From assembly GCA_019418235.1 (NCBI GenBank), contig DYCH01000077.1, positions 46,099 through 105,616 of the forward strand: a DNA stretch of 59,518 nucleotides. Reading direction: 5' to 3'. The notes below the pieces were generated by a model. It had not been told where the DNA came from. It worked only from the letters and a program-made list of their open reading frames with translations, and searched no databases. This DNA is from Sutterella sp. GTDB lineage: Bacteria > Pseudomonadota > Gammaproteobacteria > Burkholderiales > Burkholderiaceae_F. Below, one piece after another: positions 8,934 to 17,591 of this stretch (its first letter is position 1; each line of letters opens with the position of its first letter). A program made the position numbers and the translations under genes.

Positions 8934-9334
8934 TTCTTTGCTCTTGTGCTGATAACAAAGCGCCCCTCGTTTTTCTCTTTAGCCAAATCCACCAAAGAAA
9001 CAAAACGATTAAACGGAGCCTTGCTATCCATATGAATGTTTAAAACACTTTGCTTGACGCTTAAGATTTTCTTTTCCACATCCGCTAAAGAAACGGACTG
9101 ATTGTCCATCCAGTACGACCCGTCCTCACGAACAAAAACACTCATTTGTCGATCTGCCCGTTTGACTTCAGAGACCTTACTTTCAGGTAAAACGATTTCC
9201 AAAACCGGACGCGAAAAACTCATCGTTAAAACAAAGAAAATGATGAGCATGAAAAGGCAGTCAATGAGTGGCGTTAAATCGATCTGGGGCTCTTCATCCA
9301 AAGGAGAAAGGCCAGAAGACAAGAAAATACTCAT
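8930..9334 (-). CDS. exbD: ExbD/TolR biopolymer transport protein
   Basis: IDLTPLIDCLFMLIIFF motif. Confidence 0.9.
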   Translation of the reverse strand: MSIFLSSGLSPLDEEPQIDLTPLIDCLFMLIIFFVLTMSFSRPVLEIVLPESKVSEVKRADRQMSVFVREDGSYWMDNQSVSLADVEKKILSVKQSVLNIHMDSKAPFNRFVSLVDLAKEKNEGRFVISTRAKK

Positions 9335-9978
9335 TCGCCTTCCCCTTGTGAAACCTTTTGCGCATTTTGCGTTTTAGCGCGTAAGCGTTGCATCACCTCC
9401 AAAGCGCGATAGCTGTGCTCGACGGCTTCAATATGAAAGCCTCTAAACTTCAGCATCAAGGCGTAGTAGACCATCAAAGTCGGAATCGCTACACACAGCC
9501 CCATCACGGTCGTAATCAATGCCTGCCAAATGCCGCTTGCCAGAACTTCCGTGGAGGCCATTTCGGTGAAGGAAAGCGATTGGAAAACCGCCACCATGCC
9601 AAAGACCGTACCCAACAAACCAAGTAAAGGTGAAATGACGCTAATTAATTTGAGCCAACAAAGGCCATTGCTGACACTTTTGAAATTGCGATGAAAGAGG
9701 TAGGCGACTTCAGCTCGAACGTCATCGGAGTGAGCGCCGTGCGTGGCCACAATGTCGTAAATAATCCGAATCAAGGGATTGGCATTTTTGCGATCCAGGT
9801 CTTTCAGACAGCGATCTTTCCCATGCTCTAAATCCAAAAAGTCACGTCGGAAGTTTTTCCACACGCGCGACAAATAGACCGATAACCAAACGGAAAGATA
9901 AACGGCATAAAAGGCCACAAAAACCAATGCCACGCCCGCAGGCCCCAACAATTCATAAAGAGACTCGAGGTTTTGCAT
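9331..9978 (-). CDS. exbB: MotA/TolQ/ExbB proton channel protein
   Basis: SPLLGLLGTVFGM and GIWQALITTVMGLCVAIP motifs. Confidence 0.9.
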   Translation of the reverse strand: MQNLESLYELLGPAGVALVFVAFYAVYLSVWLSVYLSRVWKNFRRDFLDLEHGKDRCLKDLDRKNANPLIRIIYDIVATHGAHSDDVRAEVAYLFHRNFKSVSNGLCWLKLISVISPLLGLLGTVFGMVAVFQSLSFTEMASTEVLASGIWQALITTVMGLCVAIPTLMVYYALMLKFRGFHIEAVEHSYRALEVMQRLRAKTQNAQKVSQGEGE

Positions 9979-9986
9979 TTTTTGCT

Positions 9987-10496
9987 CTATTGGAAAATGG
10001 ATTTAAATGCATCAACGGCGTCTTGACAGTCCTTTTCATCGGGGTGAGAGGCCGCTGCCGCCCACGTGACTTCACGCTCCGGTGTGTAGTGAGCCGAATT
10101 TTGTCTAAATTGCTTCATCAAAATCGGACTTAATTTCCCACGGCAAAGAAACGTCCCTTTGATCGTATTGTTTTTCTCATTGCCCACAATTTTTTGGCAT
10201 TGGGCTTCAAACCATGTTTGTGCCTTGGGCGAGGTGGGATCGCCCGTCATCGTTGAAAAAATGCCCAACGTTTTATCGTGAATCAACGGCAACAATTCAT
10301 TTAAATCCGGTGGCAACCCACCCTTATCGCACCAAAAGCCCACAATCACCGTGTCACTGTCATTAATAAGTGCCGGATTAGTTTTCACATCCAACGTTCT
10401 GGCTAATTTCATCGTGGGGTAAGCGGCAACAATGGCTTGCGCCACTTTGTAGGTGTTACCCGTCACAGAACTCACAACAAGTACCGGATTTTTCAT
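9987..10496 (-). CDS. flavodoxin-superfamily protein (HmuF-like)
   Basis: SSVTGNT FMN loop, GFWCDKG, FLCRGK, C-terminal SHPDEKD and a His in the cap insert; heme-operon context. Confidence 0.75.
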   Translation of the reverse strand: MKNPVLVVSSVTGNTYKVAQAIVAAYPTMKLARTLDVKTNPALINDSDTVIVGFWCDKGGLPPDLNELLPLIHDKTLGIFSTMTGDPTSPKAQTWFEAQCQKIVGNEKNNTIKGTFLCRGKLSPILMKQFRQNSAHYTPEREVTWAAAASHPDEKDCQDAVDAFKSIFQ

Positions 10497-11002
10497 TATG
10501 CGTTCTCCTTGGTGCCGAATTGATTCTTTGCGTCCATGAAACCCTTTTTCACAGATTCAATCAGTTGATGATTTTCGCGACCGACATAAACACAGAAATG
10601 CAACTTTTCGTCTTTGCCGAAGAAAGCCACGTAGTGGGATTCACGCCCCATAAAAGGCATGGAAATAAACGCAATCGTGCCCAACGCATCGGCATTGATA
10701 TGACCGCCCACGACGGCATCTTTGTCAAAAATGTTGTAGTAGCCCATGCCACGTTTACCGGCAGAGAGCTTTGAGGCGATCTCAAAGACATGGCCTTCAT
10801 GAAGAATAAAAAGCGTCACTTTTTCCCACGTGCTCATGGTTTCCCAAAGATAATCAAACACATCAACATCGCGCGCAAAAACGCAGTGTTCACTACCCAA
10901 CATTTGGGCAGCTTTGAGATCCGTGCAACCGATCTCTTTCGCAATTAGTCCAAGCGTCACGGGACGTTTTGCATTCATCAGTTCTTGGATTTTTTCGTTC
11001 AT
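10496..11002 (-). CDS. hutX: cytosolic heme carrier HutX/ChuX
   Basis: GYYNI, GGHI, PFMGRES and VYVGR motifs. Confidence 0.88.
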   Translation of the reverse strand: MNEKIQELMNAKRPVTLGLIAKEIGCTDLKAAQMLGSEHCVFARDVDVFDYLWETMSTWEKVTLFILHEGHVFEIASKLSAGKRGMGYYNIFDKDAVVGGHINADALGTIAFISMPFMGRESHYVAFFGKDEKLHFCVYVGRENHQLIESVKKGFMDAKNQFGTKENA

Positions 11003-11018
11003 TTTCTTTTCCTTTCGT

Positions 11019-12491
11019 TTAAAAATTCTTTTTCAATTCATCCATTCTCAGAGCGTGTTGTGCACACAATTGCAAAAGCTCCAAGTCATGGGTAATCAAC
11101 AAAATGGCTTTGCCCTTTTGAGCTTGATCCTTTAAGCACCGAGCAACGCGTTGCATGTTGGCGCCATCGAGTCCACTCGTGGGCTCATCAAGAATCAAAA
11201 TGTCAGGGTCTTTTGCCAACGCACAGGCAATCACCAAGCGTTGCTTTTGACCACCGGATAACGACTGCGGATGACGCTGCGCCAGAGGCGTTAAATCAAA
11301 CGTCTGCATCAATTCATCAATGCGAGTGTGTAAGTGATCCCTTTGCCCCGCAGCGAAAAGGCAAGCACTGATTTCTTCACTGACGGTTTGCATTTGCAGT
11401 TGATGGTCAGCGTTTTGCAAAACAAGTCCGGCGTGTTTAAGTAAGTCGCTCGCCTTCGTTTCTTTCCCTTTTAAGTAAAACGTTCCACTGCCCTCATTGA
11501 GGCCCGTCATTAAACGAGCCAAGGTCGTTTTCCCTGTACCGTTTTCTCCAATCAATGCGGTGATGCCCGTCCCTAAAGAGAAGGAAATATTTTTTAAGAG
11601 TTCCGCTCGATGAGAGACTTTTTCAGGGGTTTTAAAAATTCGTTTAAAGCGAGAAAAACCGCCACTTTGATTGTTTTTCTCGTAGTCAAAACTCACGCTT
11701 GAAGCGACTAAAATCGGTGAGTCATCGAGCGCTTGAGCCAATGTCTTTCGAACATCTTCAACATGAGCTTCACGCAAACCGTACTCGCATCGGATGTCAT
11801 CGTTTGTTAAAAGTTCAAAATCGCCTCTTTGGCAAATTTCGCCCTCGCGCATTACTAAGACTTGATCGGCAATGCCACGAAGCCAATGAATACGGTGATC
11901 AACCACTAAAATGGCAAAGCCTTGGCTTTTGAGGTTTCTCAACTCCTGCGCCAAACGTTCAGTGGCCTCAGGATCCAAGTTGGCCGAGGGTTCATCAAGA
12001 ATTAAAACTTTGGGTAAAGTCACCAAAATTTCACCCAACGCCACTCTTTGTTTTTGTCCTTCAGAAAGGGCCGTGATGGAATGCGACAAAAGCGATTCAA
12101 TCTCTAAGCGTTGCGCTACTTTTTTAATTCGTGTGTCGACCTCCTGTGCATTCACGCCCGCAGCTTTCAGCGCAAACCCCATTTCATCCTTCACGCCTAA
12201 TGCGAAAAACTGATCTTCTGGATCTTGAAAAAGGGTGCCAACGGTTTGAGAGAGTTCCCCTACCGAGGCGTCTTTCGTTTCAACACCATTGATTTTCACT
12301 GAACCCGACAAAGTGCCGGCGTAGTAATGCGGGCAAAGACCGTTGGCAATGCGCATTAAGGTGGTTTTCCCACAACCTGAAGCACCGGTAACAAGGAGAA
12401 CGCTTCCCGCCTCAACCTTGAAACTTAAGTCTTTAACCGCACAATCTGACTGAAAAGCGTAGCGATAAGAAACGTTTTTAAATTCGATCAT
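11019..12491 (-). CDS. ECF transporter ATPase with two fused ABC domains
   Basis: Two Walker A motifs (GASGCGKTT, GENGTGKTT), FQDPEDQF Q-loop, LSEGQKQR and LSGGQKQR. Confidence 0.9.
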   Translation of the reverse strand: MIEFKNVSYRYAFQSDCAVKDLSFKVEAGSVLLVTGASGCGKTTLMRIANGLCPHYYAGTLSGSVKINGVETKDASVGELSQTVGTLFQDPEDQFFALGVKDEMGFALKAAGVNAQEVDTRIKKVAQRLEIESLLSHSITALSEGQKQRVALGEILVTLPKVLILDEPSANLDPEATERLAQELRNLKSQGFAILVVDHRIHWLRGIADQVLVMREGEICQRGDFELLTNDDIRCEYGLREAHVEDVRKTLAQALDDSPILVASSVSFDYEKNNQSGGFSRFKRIFKTPEKVSHRAELLKNISFSLGTGITALIGENGTGKTTLARLMTGLNEGSGTFYLKGKETKASDLLKHAGLVLQNADHQLQMQTVSEEISACLFAAGQRDHLHTRIDELMQTFDLTPLAQRHPQSLSGGQKQRLVIACALAKDPDILILDEPTSGLDGANMQRVARCLKDQAQKGKAILLITHDLELLQLCAQHALRMDELKKNF

Positions 12492-12502
12492 CCATGGCCT
12501 CC

Positions 12503-13279
12503 TTACATCACGCCGAAACGGGTGACATTAAGTCCCCATTCAATCCAATGAAGTTCGATATAAATCGCCATCACTACGGTGAAAAGAGAAGCGATAAAGA
12601 GCCATGCATCCGCTTTAGAAAAATCCGATTGATCCTGAAAATTCATCGCCCCTTTTCGTTGAAGTCCCCGATCCAGTCCCTTGAGTTCTGCAGCAACCCC
12701 CAACGCTTCACTGCTTTTTAAAGCTCGAAATAGAAGTGGCGTAAAAAGTAAACGGGTACTCAAATACGGATGCCTTAAAACGAAAACGAAACCCATCGCC
12801 CAACCACGGATTTTGAGTGTTTCCCAAACTTGGGCCACATCATTGGTGAAAGTCGAAATGAACCGAATCATCACGGTTGCGGGCAACGTCAACATGAAAG
12901 GCAATCGCAGTTGGGTCAGAGCACTCATGATGTTTTCAATTTTGGTCGTCAATGCCATCCCCATCACGCAATTCATCATGGTCAAACCACGCAGGAAGGG
13001 AATAACGAGACTGGCAAACGTTATTTCGCCTAAACTCGGAATGAAGGAGGCCATCACCCAAGTGCAAGCACTTGCGAGCACCATCATCGCCCCCATGAGT
13101 AAGTACAAGACGAAAACCAACAGAGGGCGATTGATCAGAAGCACCATGACAAAACTCACGGTAAAGAGCACCAATTGCGCCCCCAATGTTGAAAACGCAA
13201 TGGTGGCGATAGCTCCCAAAACCGTCAGCAAAATTTTGCTTCTGGCGTCGAGTTGATTTAAAACGGAATGCGCCATCAT
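12503..13279 (-). CDS. ECF transporter T component (CbiQ/EcfT family)
   Basis: LDARSKI N-terminus, IRFI and KIRG coupling motif; lies between S component and ATPase. Confidence 0.85.
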   Translation of the reverse strand: MMAHSVLNQLDARSKILLTVLGAIATIAFSTLGAQLVLFTVSFVMVLLINRPLLVFVLYLLMGAMMVLASACTWVMASFIPSLGEITFASLVIPFLRGLTMMNCVMGMALTTKIENIMSALTQLRLPFMLTLPATVMIRFISTFTNDVAQVWETLKIRGWAMGFVFVLRHPYLSTRLLFTPLLFRALKSSEALGVAAELKGLDRGLQRKGAMNFQDQSDFSKADAWLFIASLFTVVMAIYIELHWIEWGLNVTRFGVM

Positions 13280-13837
13280 TTAGCTCCTCACAATGCCCGC
13301 ATGACGCAATTCACGAAGGGAGCGGTAACCGGCATATAGCCCCATCAAAGAACCGATGTAACCGATCGCAATGATGGGAATGACGGACACCACCATGGCA
13401 GGCGTCTCTCGCATCATTAAATAAGAAACGCCTAAAGAAAAGACTTTGCTCGCGAGATCGTAAACAGCAACGCCAACAAAGGGCCCCCATGCTTTTTTCG
13501 CTCCGCCAACAATTAAAATGGCCACTTCTGCACAAAGCGCACCAACGATGGCTGCAGGCAACAAAGTAATGCTCGAACCCAATAGCAGCGCACTCACGAT
13601 CGTGGAGACGAGCGTAAAAACAACGAGCACACCGCTTTTACGAACCTTGGCCAATAAGACAATCAAAAGCGCCGAAAAAACAAGGTTTTTTAACATCAGA
13701 CTCACGGGATTCATGCCGCCACCGGCCAAAGCAATCAGTAGAGATGAAAGCTTGATGGCAGCAGCAAAAATCCCGATCGTCACGAGCTCTTGTGACTTCC
13801 AATAGGCCGTTTTCACGAGCTTATTTGTCATCGTCAA
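13280..13837 (-). CDS. putative ECF S component (MptD/Trep_Strep-like); alternative ATG at 13831
   Basis: ~185-aa hydrophobic protein with ELVTIGIF N-terminus, AKVRKSG and terminal RHAGIV; adjacent to EcfT and EcfAA. Confidence 0.75.
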   Translation of the reverse strand: MTMTNKLVKTAYWKSQELVTIGIFAAAIKLSSLLIALAGGGMNPVSLMLKNLVFSALLIVLLAKVRKSGVLVVFTLVSTIVSALLLGSSITLLPAAIVGALCAEVAILIVGGAKKAWGPFVGVAVYDLASKVFSLGVSYLMMRETPAMVVSVIPIIAIGYIGSLMGLYAGYRSLRELRHAGIVRS

Positions 13838-13843
13838 AGCGCT

Positions 13844-15892
13844 TTAGAAACGAGCATTGAGTTTGACGGCAAAATGACGACCCGCTTCGTAAATGGAGCC
13901 ATTATTTTGGTAGAGCTTATTGGTGATGTTGTAGAAACCGGCATCAAAGCTGTAGTTGCCTTGAGGACCGAAACTCACACCGCCCGTCAAATTGAAGGTC
14001 GTTGCACCACCGTAGCTGCTTTCGAGCTTGTCATCGGAGAAGTTCCATTGCTCGGTTGCCGATTGCGAGACGGCATAGGCGTCTAAACGAAGATCGTTGC
14101 CATAAATGCTCGTGCCATAGCGAACACCGTAGCGCGCGGTGATTGTCGGCGTTCCGGACTTCGTGCTCTTGATGCCGTTTTTGTTATATTCACGGCGCAA
14201 GAGGGTTAACGTGGTGTAGGGTTCAAAGTCACCCAACTTCAAACTAGTATCCAATTCAAAGCCGAGCGTTTTTGCACGACCGATGTTTTCGTAGTAATTG
14301 GCCACACCCCTTTGGATCGTTGCAATGTAGTTATCGGCATCGCTATAGAAAACCGCACCATCGATCGTGACAAGACCGGATTGATAACGAGCACCCACTT
14401 CAAAGTTATCTGACGTTTCAGGCTCTAAGTTCGGGTTGGCATAAGTTGTTGCGCCACCCATGGTGGTATCAATAAAGAGTTCTTGCAAGATCGGCGCACG
14501 ATAGCCTTGAGCCCAGTTAGCACGAAGCGTTAAATTATCCAGCGCACGGTAACTCAACCCTAAGTTAAAGACTGCCTTGCCGTCATCGTTCTTGTTCGAC
14601 GTTTGGGTGTGAGTCATTTGATTAGAAATATCCATGTCGTTGGATACCCAGGTGTAACGCACACCGTAATTGGCCGTCAACGCATCCGTTAAGGTGCTCT
14701 CCATCGTTGCAAACAAGGCATGACGAGTTTGATTACCATCGTAGTCTTCGTTTTTTGACCAATAGCTATCAGGAACAGGCATTGGTGAAACCTTTTTCAT
14801 GTATGTCTTGCTATTGGCATCCAAACTGTCATAGGTAAACTCGTAGCCGGTAATCAAATAGTGACGAGCGCCCAATGTCCAATCGGCTTGCACGCTTGCG
14901 CTGGTCGTATCCAAAACATTGTCAGCGAAGCTTTCAATGGCATACGGCATTCTCGGGCTCGGTCGAACATGATTGTTCATTTCCTTATCGTTTCGCTCTT
15001 GTGCGATATCGATACGAAGACGCGTTAAATAGTCATTGATGTTTTTAAATTCACCAAAGACGCTTCCACGCGTGCGCTTCCAAGACGGCACTTCGACATA
15101 AAAATCTTCCGCCGGATACAAAATGGAACCGGATTCAAAGTCGAGATCGTAGTGGCTCAAAGACAAACCGATCGTCTTATTGGGATCAATGTCATAGGAC
15201 AAAAAGGCATTGGCCGACTTTGAACTAAATTCGGTATTGGCCATCTTGCCTGCGGGCGTATCCAAGTTGTCGTAATCCTTTGTCGCGGCACCCAATCGAT
15301 AGTTCCAACCATTGACAGAACCTTGGATGGAAGCGGCCAAATCTTTACCGTTAGAAGCGGAATTAAAGCCAACAGAAGCGCTACCACCAAAAGGCGTATT
15401 GCCACCCTTTTTGGTAATGATGTTAATGGCGCCACCAATGGCATCAGAACCATACAAAACAGAAGCCGGTCCACGAATCACTTCAATGCGCTCGACTTGA
15501 GAGGGATCGATCAATAACGGAACACCCGACATGGATTTTTGTTCAGAAATTCGCTGACCATCGACCATCACAACGGTACGGAAAGCGTCTTCACCGCGAA
15601 TGGAAACACGGTCAATGCCTTGTCCGCCATCGTTTTGAATACGAATACCCGGCACGGTACTCTCTAGCAAATCGGCAATTGTCTTGGCTTGAGCATTGCG
15701 TTCAATCGTTTCGCGATCAATGACAGAAACACTCATATTGACGTCTGCCAAAGCCTTCTCAACGCGAGAAGCCGTGACAACCACATCTTGAGCATTTAAC
15801 GTTTCCATGGCAGAGACCGAGCCACTTGATAAAGCGGCAAAACTTAAAGCTAAAGCGGCCACTAACGGATTGGGAGTAAAACGAGGAGTCAT
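13844..15892 (-). CDS. TonB-dependent outer-membrane receptor, probably for heme
   Basis: DVVVTASR TonB-box region, IEVIRGPASVLYGSDAIGG plug motif, YRAP and NPNLEPE motifs typical of heme receptors, terminal Phe. Confidence 0.88.
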   Translation of the reverse strand: MTPRFTPNPLVAALALSFAALSSGSVSAMETLNAQDVVVTASRVEKALADVNMSVSVIDRETIERNAQAKTIADLLESTVPGIRIQNDGGQGIDRVSIRGEDAFRTVVMVDGQRISEQKSMSGVPLLIDPSQVERIEVIRGPASVLYGSDAIGGAINIITKKGGNTPFGGSASVGFNSASNGKDLAASIQGSVNGWNYRLGAATKDYDNLDTPAGKMANTEFSSKSANAFLSYDIDPNKTIGLSLSHYDLDFESGSILYPAEDFYVEVPSWKRTRGSVFGEFKNINDYLTRLRIDIAQERNDKEMNNHVRPSPRMPYAIESFADNVLDTTSASVQADWTLGARHYLITGYEFTYDSLDANSKTYMKKVSPMPVPDSYWSKNEDYDGNQTRHALFATMESTLTDALTANYGVRYTWVSNDMDISNQMTHTQTSNKNDDGKAVFNLGLSYRALDNLTLRANWAQGYRAPILQELFIDTTMGGATTYANPNLEPETSDNFEVGARYQSGLVTIDGAVFYSDADNYIATIQRGVANYYENIGRAKTLGFELDTSLKLGDFEPYTTLTLLRREYNKNGIKSTKSGTPTITARYGVRYGTSIYGNDLRLDAYAVSQSATEQWNFSDDKLESSYGGATTFNLTGGVSFGPQGNYSFDAGFYNITNKLYQNNGSIYEAGRHFAVKLNARF

Positions 15893-15942
15893 ATCAATTA
15901 AAGAGAAACAGTTATTGGCTTTTCTCTTGAGTTAAAAAACTT

Positions 15943-17358
15943 TTACTTGTATTGGGCTAAGCGGTGCGTGAGGACATTAAGAAGCAATTGACTCATCGTC
16001 ACGTGCCAAAACTGTCCCGCTAAGGTTTGCACCATCCAATCCCCGACCGGACGAATGAGACCCGCGTGAGTCCATTGCTCAAAAACATCTTGAGCAAGGC
16101 GACTCAAAGGAAGGTGGAAGCGCTCACTTAAAGCGTGAAGATTGATGCGGCCCAGTTCCATTTCAGAAGAAACCGTTTGAAGGCAATGCCAATGAGGCGA
16201 AGGCGCAGTTGCAAAGGCAATGGGTTTGATGCCCTCTAAGACCATCTTTTCCCATTCGTCATACTTGCGTTCCATCATGAAACTGTAGCCATTGATCTTG
16301 CCACCGGCCCCGGAGCCGAAAGCCAAACAGTCGGCTGCACTTTTGCCAAAACGGTTATAGAGGTTTCGCTCTCTAAACGTTTGTCCCCAGTGGTTGTTTG
16401 AAAGACGACGCCACTGGGCGTTAGAGAGAATTTCCACAGACTTTGCGAACATTTCGGATCGCTCGGCTTTGTCTGCCCCTGCAGGCAGTTTTCCATTCTG
16501 AATAAACTTGCCCAAAGGCGACTTTTCAAAGACATTGAGTTGATAGCAATCCACACCATCGAGCGGAAGGGAGGCTGCGGTTTTCACGTCGTCTTCCCAA
16601 ACTTCCATCGTTTGATACGGAAAGCCGTAAATGAGGTCACAAACGATGCTCGCTTGGTTATAAGAGGCTAACTTTTCAATCGCTGCAATTAAGCTCTCAC
16701 GATCATCAACTCGACGCATCGTTTGACGCACTTTGGCGTTGAAGGTTTGAACACCAAGAGAAATGCGGTTGACGCCTGCTTCAAAAGCAGCTTCCATTTT
16801 CTCTTCAGGGAAGTGATGAATTCGACCTTCAAGCGTAATTTCACAATCGTTGGCAAGGGGTAAATATTGACGAACGGCAGTGACCAATCGCTTGATATCA
16901 GCAGCCTCAAGAGCCGTCGGCGTACCGCCACCAAAATAAACAGCATGAAGAGGCGTTACTTGTTGAGCTTTTTTGTTTGACCAAAGTTGCAATTCTTTGA
17001 TTAACGTATCGGTATAGCGTTGACTGGAATCGCTTTGAAGCGGATTTTGATAAAAGAGGCAATAAAGGCAGCGTGTTTCACAAAATGGCACATGAATGTA
17101 GGCTAAGCCTGTTCCTTGGCGCTCGTTATCGAATTGCCCTTCAATGAGTTCTCGTGCCTCTTGACCCATGTAGGGACGCCCTGCCATTCGCGAGTGAACG
17201 GTGACTTTACTGTCAAAGGCATGCTTTAAAGGTTCATCCGTGACGGTGGCTTTAAAATCTGTAATTTCTTCAATTTGAGCGACGCCATTCATCATGCGCT
17301 TTTGACCGGCTTCAAATGAAGCGTGGGCATGATGAGGACATTTTTGAGGCTTTTCCAT
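15943..17358 (-). CDS. hutW: anaerobic heme-degrading class C radical SAM methyltransferase ChuW/HutW
   Basis: YIHVPFCETRCLYC (CxxxCxxC), YFGGGTPT, PLANDCEITLEGR, HW...ERNLYN; hutX in the same operon. Confidence 0.9.
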   Translation of the reverse strand: MEKPQKCPHHAHASFEAGQKRMMNGVAQIEEITDFKATVTDEPLKHAFDSKVTVHSRMAGRPYMGQEARELIEGQFDNERQGTGLAYIHVPFCETRCLYCLFYQNPLQSDSSQRYTDTLIKELQLWSNKKAQQVTPLHAVYFGGGTPTALEAADIKRLVTAVRQYLPLANDCEITLEGRIHHFPEEKMEAAFEAGVNRISLGVQTFNAKVRQTMRRVDDRESLIAAIEKLASYNQASIVCDLIYGFPYQTMEVWEDDVKTAASLPLDGVDCYQLNVFEKSPLGKFIQNGKLPAGADKAERSEMFAKSVEILSNAQWRRLSNNHWGQTFRERNLYNRFGKSAADCLAFGSGAGGKINGYSFMMERKYDEWEKMVLEGIKPIAFATAPSPHWHCLQTVSSEMELGRINLHALSERFHLPLSRLAQDVFEQWTHAGLIRPVGDWMVQTLAGQFWHVTMSQLLLNVLTHRLAQYK

Positions 17359-17387
17359 AATTAATCCTGTAAGAAAATCTCACATTT

Positions 17388-17406
17388 GTAAATGAGAATC
17401 ATTATC
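17388..17406. promoter_or_regulatory. Fur box, proximal to the heme operon
   Basis: GTAAATGAGAATCATTATC, 16/19 match to GATAATGATAATCATTATC, ~30 bp upstream of hutW. Confidence 0.8.
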
Positions 17407-17495
17407 GTTTTGAGAATATTAATTATGAAAAGAGTTTTTTCAAGCAGAAACTACTTAGTTAATAGACGATAGCTATCAAATGTTGAAAATTGATA

Positions 17496-17520
17496 GTTAA
17501 TATTAATGATTATCGTTTTC
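17496..17520. promoter_or_regulatory. distal overlapping Fur boxes
   Basis: GTTAATATTAATGATTATC (15/19) overlapping ATTAATGATTATCGTTTTC (14/19). Confidence 0.55.
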
Positions 17521-17531
17521 ATTAAATGCAT

Positions 17532-17569
17532 AGAAAATGCCGTAGAACAATCGCCTACGGCATCTTTCT
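17532..17569 (-). terminator. terminator of the AspT/YidE gene
   Basis: ATGCCGTAG/CTACGGCAT stem followed by a T run on the minus strand. Confidence 0.65.
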
Positions 17570-17591
17570 CAGGAGCAATCATCACCAAAAG

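Noticed and set aside
15943..17358. HemN/HemW coproporphyrinogen oxidase-like assignment
   Set aside because: The PLANDCEITLEGR and ERNLYN motifs and linkage to hutX, a receptor and Fur boxes fit ChuW/HutW better.
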